Below are positions 11,965-23,109 of a stretch of DNA of 40,481 nucleotides, piece after piece. How positions within the stretch are numbered: the first letter of the stretch is position 1; every line of letters begins with the position of its first letter. The notes beneath the pieces were generated by a model. The model was not told the DNA's origin. It saw only the letters and a program-made list of their open reading frames with translations, and searched no databases. This DNA is from Streblomastix strix (Eukaryota): assembly GCA_008636045.1 (NCBI GenBank), contig SNRW01000023.1, forward strand, positions 1-40,481. Direction: 5' to 3'. A program made the position numbers and the translations under genes.

Positions 11965-12055
11965 TTTTCATTTCTGGCAAAATGGCAGTTTGGCAGCAGT
12001 TTTTGATGAAAGTTTCTTACTCGGAACACTCGAAACACTCAAAAGTCATTCATTA
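11965..12055 (-). repeat. Internal repeat family, pair B right arm
   Basis: Reverse complement reads TAATGAATGACTTTTGAGTGTTTCGAGTGTTCCGAG...GCTGCCAAACTGCCATTTTGCCA. Confidence 0.85.
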
Positions 12056-12169
12056 ACCATATCATTTTCTCGTGCTATTTTCGAATATTTCATTATTGTT
12101 TTATGACTCAATCCACTCAACAATCCAATTTATTTATATAATAATTATTTATTTTTATTTTAATAAATT

Positions 12170-15100
12170 GCAGAAATATAGAGATAAGACTCGAAAAGAC
12201 AACATTTGCCACCAATTATGCCTCCAACTGTGCCTCCGATTACGCTATCGACTCAGTCATTACTTGAGCTATTACCATTTAATTAATCGCCTAGATAAAC
12301 ACTGTCATATTTGTTATATAAATGTAAGAAAATATTACATAAATGCAAACATGCGACTATCAGCCTTCACCAGAATTATAATTGGAACATCAACAACAGT
12401 AATTGATAAAAACGTAGAATTATATTGCATAAATGCAAGAACATAATTACTAACTATTACCTGAATTATCACCAGAACTGCAACCAGAACTACGCGAATC
12501 TCATGAAATGCGGGTGGATTATCAACAGAATTTACAGCACTAAAAACTAATATCAGAAATAATTAGAGAATTAATGACTTTATATGACCTTGAAATTTAA
12601 TAGAAAATAAACATTAATGAATTAAGCTCTTTATTTTCATTAATTTTAGATAAAATTGGTATAAATTATGATAGAAACAATAGAGATATAGTTAGAAATG
12701 TCATATTATAATCATGACCATCTGCATAACGAATCAGATAAAATACTTAATTAGGTCTTCAAAATGAAGAATTAATAGGCAAAGTTTATGTTTATAAATT
12801 TATGCAAGAAAAGGATAATATATAGAATATGGGCACTTAAGACGAATAGAGTAAACAGCACAATTAATATGTTTACAAAATTATGGATGATTAACGTATA
12901 AGTCAAGCAAATTTATTTAAGGAAATATAACAATAATAAATAAATCATAAATTAAATGAAAGTATTGATGTGATCAAGAGTGTTTAAGAAGAATTAAATA
13001 ATTAAATGATGAGTACAATGATAAGAATTATAGGCCAATTAACGTCCAATAGAATATGATTATGTTATGCGCACCACAACTCGAGGAAGAAAATGATAGA
13101 AGAATTAATTGGGAACGTAAATATATATAAAATTAACACGTCAAATATAACCCATTTTATGTCCATACAATTAGTCCTACAAAAGAGTATTATAAAAATG
13201 GTTTTAAAAACCATTGAGCATGTCGATGCTTATTTAGATGAAATATATTGGCGTGAATAAAAATTTGCATTCAAAATTGTATTTGATTTTGGAGTAATTA
13301 TTGAACGAGTCAGTGGCTAAGAAAATGAATAATAAATAAGGTATAAAATCAATCGTCCTCTTGAAGCCAGAACCGAGATGGGAGCTACGACAACCATATG
13401 CGTACACATAGACTTAGCTGATTATAAAGGATTCATTAGAACCCACATCATCTTAATGCAAGAAAGAACCATTATTGACACTAAAAAGAAAATTGTAGGT
13501 ATATTTTCAATAATGATTCAGATGTTTCATCTTCCACACGCTGGTGCAGGTGGTCGAACAATACCATCATTAAAGAAACATATTATGAGGCGTGAATTTC
13601 GATATATTGAACGTGAAAAAAAATAAAATTTATGTTTCTTTCTAGCATATTCATTTATTACTATGCAAGAAATCAAGGCTGACGTTACTGCCGACGGTTC
13701 TGCTATTGCTGTAAAGCATTATAAGGATCATTCACGTATTGCTGAAGCTAAATGATTATTTTAAAGAATAAATGGCAAGAAAATTGATGAAAATTATTAA
13801 AGATTTAATTTCGCAACGAAAATAGATTAATTTATTTAGAATGATAATTAAAATATAAGTGTGTTCACTTATGAAGAAACAACGGCTGCATTAATCAAAC
13901 CATCAGCTAATTCATCAGCCAATTCTGGCAGTTACTATTTATGGAAATAATATAGAAGAAATGAATAGAACGAATAAACCAAAGAATTTAAGGTCCTTTT
14001 AATTACTGATATAATCAACGAACTATATACTCCTCACATTTTATATAAAATGACATTGAGACATTATCTGATTTAAAATATTGCCCTATCTGTGTTATGT
14101 AGGCTTACAAGATCTGAAATTCAAATTTATAATCCAAACTAAAAAACACATATAAAATGTTAAAAAAGTGGAGGAAATATAGTAAAAAAAGTATATTTAG
14201 AAAAAATTCCAAGAATTAATGTTATTCATATATTGGATAATGTTAGCTATAAGTATCTTCTGGCACATGGTCCAAAGGATGAACCTAAACCTATTAAGTA
14301 TTATATGTCACATGACATTGAAACCTTTGAAAGAATCATAAATGAAAAATTCGGTGATAATTCAAAACAAATCTCAATACTTGAACCTCTTTCGATTGCA
14401 AGTACAATAAAAATATAAAAGAAAGTCGTTGAAATTGCTAACGTTGGTTTCGTTGATTATATCAATTCCATTTATTTTGACATACAAATTAAAGATTTCA
14501 TTAATGTATAGATTAAATAATTGTTTAAGAAGGCAAAAAAAGTTATTGATTCAAACAGATATGAAGATGAGACGATACCATAGCGTTACAAGGTAGCACT
14601 TATTGGCTTCAATTCTTCAAAGTTTGATGTCGCATTGATTCTTAAAAGTTTATAAAGCGATGAGTGGCAAATAATTAAATATCTTGGAAGCGGTTCAAAT
14701 GCTAAATAATTCATTGTTAAATATATCATGTCTGGATTTAAATTAATGTTCATTGATGCAACGATTTATTAAACAAAATTGAAATTAAAATAATTAATAA
14801 AAGATTTTTCACCAAATGCAGCATCAGCTATTCCAACGAAGTTAATGTTTCCATATGAATTCATCAGTTATAACAATTATGTTTAAGAGCTCGATAAATC
14901 AGAACCATTTCCTATTGAAGCGTTTAATAACACAATTAAAATTAAAAATTTAAGTGAAATGAAATATTGAAATTATTTGGCAACAACCAATAATGGTATC
15001 ACTGGTTGGCATAACCTTCGACACTCTAACCTTGAAGACACTCGCTTAATGATTCAGCAATTGGATTATTTAATTGATATATTCGTCAATTATAAAATTT

Positions 15101-17090
15101 ACATGTTGCAGTTTATGTTGATGTCTGCATGCGCCAATATTATTAAATATGACCTTGCTTATAGTGACTTCAAATTGGATTAAGATTACACTTCAAAAGA
15201 TGATTATGCATCTGTCGTATTTACACAAAGTTTTCGCAACTTTAACGTTTAAAATTATCAGGAAAAAGATAAGAGAAGAAATAGAGACACAAGCAACAAC
15301 ATCATAGAATCCGATTGTGCATTCTACAGAAAATTATTTCTATCGACAGGATACCAAATCTGCAAAGCACGATTCACTAGCAAAAATCCTCCAACATTAG
15401 ACAGAATTAACAATGACAAGGGTCATTCTGCAGATAACATGAAACCGTGCTGCTTATTTTGCAATAAATTTAAGTCAAATAAAGATGAAAATTTAACAAG
15501 ATTAATAATACAATTAAATATTTTTTGTCTGTTGAAGTCGCTTCCTATGACAATAACCGATGAAGAAGTTTATCAAATTTTGCGTTCTAAAATCACTGTT
15601 AGAGTATCATAAGTCATGCATAGATATAATGTTGCAGGTTAAACTAAAATAAATTAATTAAAATAAATTAACGGAAAGTTCATTAGTTTGGACACCGACT
15701 ATACAATGATCCATCTTTTAACTCTAGATTTCAAATGTTAATATCCATCAGTTATGAGCTCAGGGCGGCATAAGTTCATCAAATATACGGGCAATAAATT
15801 GTATATGGCAGGATAAATATTGGATAAAATTACTAATAAATATACAGCAAGAAATTTAATTTATAATCCAAATCGATTTAATGACGTTGAAGGGAAGCCG
15901 CTATTTATTACAGTAATTAATGGACACATCGACGAATAACAAATTAGTGATTTCATTGATTTTCTTCCCATATTAAGAAACATTGACTTAATGACCGATG
16001 AATAAACATTAGGTTCATACATGTATAATCTGCTACTGAAAAATATCATGTAGCACTATAAAATTGAACGAAAATTAACAAATTAATCATCAACGCATTG
16101 GTAGTTCATGTCGTTCAATAATTATTATTTGTGGTTTCTCATTGATGATTTTCATTTCATTATTGACGATATTTAATGTATAATAACATTCTCTAGGCAT
16201 GACAGATTCAATCCATTTATTAAAGAATTTATGAAACAGTGGTTATATGCAATTAATGAAAAAAATAATGGAAAATTATAATTCTATAAATTAGCTATGA
16301 ACTCAAGTTATGGAAGTGATGGGATGAATTAAGAAAAATATGCACAAACAAAATTGTTGAGCTCTGATAGGACGTGATTATCTCATCTCTAGGGTTTATT
16401 CATTAATGACTAATAATTAACGGACGATTTATTTGCTGTGTAATTTTATACCGAAAGCTGCAACTGCATCGCCTGCCTCCATTCTGCATATTTCGTGTTA
16501 GATAATAGTAAATATTGGTATACAAATTTTATCTAAAATTTTATGGCTAAAGCTTTCGATATGGACAAGATGCATTACATTTGTGGAGATATTGATTCGA
16601 TGACATGGGCCATCAGCGGTAACCCTGATGCAGAAGAAGGATACAGTCAGAAATTTAAATACATCATAAAAGACTAGAAATTTTTCGATGAAAATTATCC
16701 TCTTTTTTTCGGTTAATATAAACAATTATTTGGAATCAGTTATGAGGCAGAATGAACGGCTTGCATTACTTTAGCTCCAAAAACTCATTGCATTTATAAT
16801 CCTCTGCTTAATGAGAATGAAAAGGATTATAATTATTGTTTGAAAGGAATAATATAATAATGAAATGTTCAGTTGAATGATGAAGCATTCAAATAATCAT
16901 TAAATGGAGAATAAATTTAAGCTTAAATTATTATCCTTCGTTAGACAAATAAATAAATATCAAAAATATTAATAAATATAGTAGGATTAACATCAATTCA
17001 TAATAAAATGGTTCTTGAAAATTAATTTTGTGCTTTATTCCTTTTCATTAAAGGCTAGTAATTGAGTTCATATAATTATGTAATCGAGAA
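12170..17090 (+). pseudogene. polB: Protein-primed family B DNA polymerase (pPolB), copy 2, with long N-terminal extension
   Basis: ExoI HDIET (~14310), ExoII GFNSSKFD (~14605), FPYEF, motif A LDFKCQYPSVM (~15724), motif B KLAMNSSYG (16288), motif C GDIDSM (16585) and KGI. Several frameshifts and in-frame TGAs; start approximate. Confidence 0.92.
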
Positions 17091-17120
17091 ATCATCAACG
17101 AAATCTATAAAATTGACACT

Positions 17121-17220
17121 GATAATTGATGTGGATAGTGAATGACTTTTGAATGGTCAGGGTGCCCATACCCTGAGAGTATTTTTAATTCATTTTAAAA
17201 ATCAGCTGCCAATATGCCAT
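17121..17220 (+). repeat. Internal repeat family, pair C left arm
   Basis: GATAATTGATGTGGATAGTGAATGACTTTTGAATGGTCAGGGTGCCCATACCCTGAG...GCTGCCAATATGCCA. Confidence 0.92.
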
Positions 17221-17249
17221 GACAATTAGTTGCTTCGTTAATGCCATTA

Positions 17250-17724
17250 CAGTCATTATCGGTTAATTCAAAAACCATTTTGCCAAAAAATAGAACTGCG
17301 AATTAGAGATAATTAGCAGTTTTTATATATAAAAATACTAAAAATTTTATTTTATTTAAAAAGATTCATTTATAAAGTAAAAATATATATAAAATTAATA
17401 AATTTATTTTAAATCTTAGTTTTTTTTTAAAAAAAATCATTTAAATTTTTTGGTATATTTTTATTTGTTTTAGTTTTATGTAAAGAAACAAAATATTCTA
17501 TTTGCAAATTTAATGTAAATTTATTATAAATTGTTATTTTATTTTTAAAAAAATAGAATTTATAAGGATTTGATAAAAATTTACTGCGAATTACATACTT
17601 GGTTACTGCGAATTAAGTGAAAAAATTTATGCAAAAATTTTAAAAATATAGATCATTAAGATTGAATACTGCGATTTAAATCAACTGTGAATTAACAGAT
17701 ATTTGAATTAACCGATATTGACTG
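17250..17724. mobile_element. Tc1/mariner (pogo-like) MITE, 475 bp, TA target duplication
   Basis: 23-bp TIR CAGTCAWTATCGGTTAATTCAAA with one mismatch, TA on both sides, and the internal motif ACTGCGAATTA repeated near both ends. Confidence 0.88.
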
Positions 17725-18071
17725 TAACTGTTTTATTTTTGCATGAAATAAATATAAAATGAATATAAATTATATATAAGGATATACTTAGGACTTTCGC
17801 TGATGATAAATATCAAAGAGATGAGTATGAGTTTGAAGTGCAATAAGATAATGATGATAAAGCATATAAAGTTCATTATAAAATGAATCTATCAGAGTTC
17901 ATAAAAAAATATCTTTAAAATTATAAAGAAAAAATAAGTTGACGTTATGATAGAAAAAACTGATGAAATAATTATTGGAAAACGAACATTGGCGGATTGG
18001 TACTATTATTATCTTTCAGTTTAATCATAATATAAACCATCAAATTAAAAAAATTAATAAAAAATAAATAA

Positions 18072-19212
18072 ATGGAAAATGATGCTTAATAAGCGGCTTA
18101 GACATCCAACCTGCATTCGCAGGGTCCCCTGCAGAGTTCAGATTCGGCAAATCGGTCTAAAGACTCATCAAATCAGTAATCCACTTAAGATGGCGACAAT
18201 GAAAATATGCCCTGTATTCTTTTCAAAACAAAATTAAAATTGTTTGAAAAAATAAATAAATTTAAATATTCTAACATTCAATATGTACCTGTGAAAGATT
18301 TTAAATTAAAACCATTATTAAGACCATAACAACCATGTTTCTCTCCAAAGTTGGACAGTTGGGAAATAGATATAGCCTTTTCAATCGATCAGGACTTGTA
18401 AGAAAATAACGATGAATATGATAATGCTATCTTTGAATAAGAAGAAATATAAAATAAAGGAGAAAAAGAAGAAAAACATATTTGTATCTATTTTGCATAA
18501 ATGTTAATAGAAATATTTAGTAATATATCCATTGATAGATAAATCAGCCGCATAAGTGGTTGGATAATTGTAAATAATAATTAAAAATTATTATGTAAAT
18601 AACATTCGTAGTGATGGTAAAAAAGGATTTAATAGCTCGTATTTTGCTTTGTTTTGTTCATAGAATAAAATTAATGGATATTTCACTGATTCAAAATTCA
18701 CCAATCATAATAGGGTAGTCGATTCAGTTATTCGTACCATTAGGAATGCATTTGGTTATAAATTTAAATAATTTTCAACAAATTCGTAAATATAAATAGT
18801 TGTTGGTGTATATAATAATACACCACATGTTGCGTTTCAAAATAGGTATAGTCCATATTAGGTTCAATTAACAAGAGATTTAGAAGGACAGTATATATGT
18901 TGATAAATGAAGAAATTAGAACGATTATTAGCGAGATAATATTAAGAGGGTATATTATCTTTTAATGCAGGAAATATTATATTAATACATCTTGATTTCT
19001 AAAATTCAGAATAAAAATTTATGAAATAAAGAAAAAATTTCAATTAATTAGCGAAGTTCATTGGAAATGTAAATGGTAATGATTTATGCAGATTATTGAA
19101 TCATTCTTATAAAATAAATATAATAAAAATACCTCCATATTATTGTAAATATGTTAGTGAAATTAAAGAATCTAAACCAGAATATTATGCTACAGAGTTA
19201 TTATTTAGATGA
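18072..19212 (+). pseudogene. Retroviral-like (rve) integrase, copy 2
   Basis: FSPKLDSWEID (D1), YLFCINVN, IRSDGKKGFN (D2), NHNRVVDSVIRTIRN, YNNTPH. Frameshifts near 18480-18510, in-frame TGA at 18901, final TGA at 19210-19212. Confidence 0.9.
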
Positions 19213-19264
19213 AATAAAAATAAAAATTTATTTATATATTTATTAATTTTTTATCGTATAGTAA

Positions 19265-19650
19265 ATGACAACTATTGAGACAATCAATGAGAAAATCAAT
19301 GAAATAACACAAACTGAATCATCGCAAATCGAATCAACCGGTGGCAGAATCTATGACATAGTGTTTTCAGCAAAACTATGACGTCAAAATAAATGCACTG
19401 ATAATGAATAAACAACGATTGCTACTAGAGAGCAACCCAAAAATGCAAGAGTCAGATACAAATAAAATTAAACAAATTATGAATAAAAAGTTAATGTATG
19501 CAATTATTGATTATCAAAAAACTTAAAAAAAAAAGTAATCATAAATATTAATGACTTGATAACAACTAATGAATTGTTTAAAAATATGATAACAAAAAAG
19601 ACGTTTAAGCTACAAATCGATATTATTTTTTTTGATTCCAGCAATGAGAA
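19265..19650 (+). pseudogene. Degraded small viral ORF
   Basis: MTTIETINEKINEITQTESSQIESTGGRIYDIVFSAKL, then TGA and frameshifts; T-rich leader. Confidence 0.4.
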
Positions 19651-19680
19651 ACTTATTAATGTTTCCTATTGTTTTTACTC

Positions 19681-19781
19681 ATTGGCACATTAGCAGCAAA
19701 TATCTATAATAAATTAAAAACACCCTCAGGGTATGGTCACCCTGACCATTAAAAAGTCATGCTTTATCCACATCAATTATC
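19681..19781 (-). repeat. Internal repeat family, pair C right arm
   Basis: Reverse complement reads GATAATTGATGTGGATAAAGCATGACTTTTTAATGGTCAGGGTGACCATACCCTGAG...GCTGCTAATGTGCCAA. Confidence 0.92.
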
Positions 19782-20045
19782 CATGCTAAAATAACGCTTT
19801 TCATCAACGTATTTTATGTTTTACATCAATGATTTTCATCAACAAAACCATTAATTGCCCTAATTATTTATTTGAAAAATGAGAGTGCTATACATTCAAG
19901 AATAACACACAATAATGTACAACACTAATATACTTCAATATCCATATTCATTCATCATATGCAAGGTTCTTTCAATAATCTCGTTCAAGTGTTTATTTTC
20001 ATTTATAATATTTAATATTTAATATATATTATTTATTTTTATTTT

Positions 20046-20589
20046 TCAATTTGGGACACTCTTCTTTTTCACATAACTACAAATCTGCAACACTATTAGC
20101 TTGTAAATTAATGTTTATATACTATTTAATACAATAAAATTATGAACAGTGTAAATCGTTATATGATATTTGACGAAAGCTATATCATAATCTATACAAA
20201 TTACAATAATCATATGAGCATCCTATTTCTCATTTCGTTTTGGAACAATTCGACGTGGTTTAATAAATATAATCAATTTCTTTCCTAACCGCTCTTATCA
20301 ATAAGTGTTAGTTATGTACGTCTTTTTATTATCAAAAGTAATATAGGCATTCGTATATTACATATAATCATCAACAATTTCGTTTATTAGCTAGTTAAAT
20401 ATATTAATCCGATGCTCTAATCTATCAATCTCTTATAATACATTCAAGAGATATATTTATTCCTATATAATTTTATTGCTCCATATTAGCAAAATTATCC
20501 GTCAAATAACTATCAAAATCATCATTTGGATATGAATAATCATCAGCTGATTCATCATTCGATTCGTTATCATCCGATTAATAATTCAT
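20046..20589 (-). pseudogene. Degraded ORF with acidic N-terminus, probably viral
   Basis: MNYQSDDNESNDESADDYSYPNDDFDSYLTDNF..., then a frameshift and an in-frame TGA; no introns evident. Confidence 0.4.
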
Positions 20590-21192
20590 ATTAATCCTCA
20601 AATTCATAATTATAGATATTAATTGTAAACAAAAAAATTAAAGAATTAAATATTAAATTTTAATTTTGAATAATAATATTTCATATGTCAAATCATATAA
20701 TTTGCCCCAGACACATTTTTTGATCATTTATTTCAATTAATTTTCATCATTACCACTAAAGACTATCATTTTTTCGAAAAACTGTTCTAACAAAATCAAC
20801 ATACTTTTCCTCAACTTTTTTTTCAACTTTTAATAAAATAAAAATAATTATTTTGCAATAAATTTTTTCAAAAAACGAGAACCAGTTCCAAGGCAATCAT
20901 ATGAGAAAAATGGAATCAAAAGTTTTATTTATAGCTCCAGAACAGTCATAATATTTACTTACATCATCAATTCACTTCACTAACTTCTAAAATCTTCTTT
21001 CAACCAGCACCTTTTAACTAACTATTGAAATTACATTAACTTTCAAAGTACAGCATACTTCTCAAATCTTTAAAATATAATTTCATTTCTTTTAAATGAC
21101 TTTTTTGACAAAAATATCTAAAGATTAATCATTATCTACTAATTATAACTCAAGTCTGTATAAATAAACCAGCATATTACCATTTTGCTCAA

Positions 21193-21686
21193 AGTAGTTA
21201 GTAAAAGAAGCGACAAACCTAAAAGAAAAAATGACTCATTTATCGATTATCACAAACTGCAAACATTTTACTTTTTTCATTATTGAATACAAATAAAGAA
21301 CATTTGCTCTTAACGTTTATGATAATGACATTTGAGTCCAACAACAATTTATAAACGAAATCCGAAAATATCAACTTCATCATCAATTTTGTCAAAAAAT
21401 TGATAGAAAATATTTGTTAGATAATAATTGAATGATATAATATGATAATTAATATGTAATTTCATCACCAATTTCTAAAATTACCATCATATGCAATGCA
21501 ACAAAACTATCATTTGTATATCTATAAAATTAATTCACTTTAAGCTTTAAAAGTTAAAAAATTAACTCAGTAAAACGTAATAAACAATTTTAAACCATAA
21601 TTATTTCAAATAATTTCTTATAATTTTATTATTTTGATAGTGACTCATTTTTTCTCTTGGGTTTGTCCCTTCTTTTACTAACTTCT
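21193..21686. repeat. ~50-bp inverted repeat pair (21193-21244 / 21636-21686) beginning AGTAGTTAGT; MITE-like or collapsed Polinton ends
   Basis: AGTAGTTAGTAAAAGAAGCGACAAACCTAAAAGAAAAAATGACTCA versus reverse complement AGAAGTTAGTAAAAGAAGGGACAAACCCAAGAGAAAAAATGAGTCA; no clear TSD. Confidence 0.8.
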
Positions 21687-23109
21687 CATAATATTATATA
21701 AAATATAATATTTAATGAAAACCAATAGTAATTATATAAATTATTAAAATTTAACCTAATTATTTTTTGAAACAGTAATAATTTTAAAATTTTGAAATTT
21801 TATGCAAATTTTTATATATTTGTGCAAATTATCAATCGAAATAGTTTGAAATAATTTTAATTTTAATTTGATTATATAATAGAACGAATTATACATATAG
21901 TGCTAATTAATACAAATGAGAATTAACCTGGTTATGCTATAATAATAGGAGAATAAAGAGCAAGTAATTTGAGCGACAATCAAAATTATTTCTCAAAAGA
22001 ATCAAATCTTCTTAGTATATCTTTATAGTAAATCTATATAATTAACATTTTTTATAAATTTAGAATTATCAATAATATTTAATTAAATTAATACCATCGA
22101 ATAATAAGGAAAAATTGCATAAATTATTTTAAATAAACTACGCTGATATGCTATTAAGCGCATAGAAAATGAAAAAAAATGAAATTTAATGCATGAACAT
22201 CAATGAAAAATTTATTATTTAGAAATGAATAACATAATTTTAAAATAAGTTCTTTGAATAAAACCAAGATTTGTTTGTGAGAATGCTGGGTCGTTTTGAG
22301 CAAAGTTATGATTTCTATTAAATAGTAATTATATTCTCGATATGTAGTTGTTGAAGAAATAATTTTTAACTGTTTATTTATTTTTCATTTATTTCTTAGA
22401 TAAATTTAATTGTATTACTAATCCCTCATTATCACAGACAATTGTCTCAATATATATATGTCAATTGAAAATTTCATATTATTAATTTTAGTCTAACTAT
22501 TTCAGTTAATATTTATTTATGATTTCATTAATAACAAAAAACGAATTAATCTAATATAAACTCTATTTTTAGGTTTAACATTCAAAAAAATTGATTTTAG
22601 AATATAATTAGCAATTCTTCCAATTAATAAATTATTATTAAATTTTTGTATGGATTAGAATCCGCAATATTAGTAAAAATATTTAATCAATAAAACAATT
22701 TATATAACCACTAATTTGAGATTAAATCTTAAATCATGTTATAAAATGTCATAATTCATCGCATTTTTGAATAATTCCATAAAATAATAATTATGATTTA
22801 ATTATACAAAATAAATATTCATCCATTTTTCATTATAAAATCCAATATATCTATCTAAATAATATTATTTTTAAATTATTAATAAATGAATTGATTGAGC
22901 AAAATAAATATTCATTATTATATAATAAACAAAATTATTTAAATTTACCAATTATAATAAAAATTATGCTTTGAATTTACCATTTGTATGTTCATTTCTT
23001 ATGTGAAAAAATAAATAATTAATTCATGTTTTCATGTTTTGTTTAATTAATCATATAATAATCCTTTACGACAAGTCATAACGATTAATATTTTTTGATT
23101 TTTATAAAG

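Larger units (their letters stand above)
2925..20600. mobile_element. Endogenous Polinton/Maverick-like virus (decayed); termini not resolved
   Basis: Intron-less, compact cluster of pPolB, rve integrase, A32-like packaging ATPase, putative major capsid protein and KilA-N, which is the established Polinton/Maverick core gene set. No matching long terminal inverted repeats or 6-bp TSD could be identified by eye. Confidence 0.88.

Noticed and set aside
17759..18050. Possible ORF remnant upstream of the integrase
   Set aside because: Multiple TGAs and frameshifts with no recognisable motif; cannot be supported as a gene.
355..18903. TGA reassignment or programmed readthrough to explain in-frame TGAs
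   Set aside because: TGA terminates the intact genes (capsid, Arf). In-frame TGAs occur in the decayed viral genes, mostly alongside frameshifts or mutated motifs, and are one substitution from TAA, CGA or TGG.
9121..20912. 14-bp match CATATGAGAAAAAT at 9121 and ~20899
   Set aside because: Short, AT-rich and does not extend; plausibly chance.
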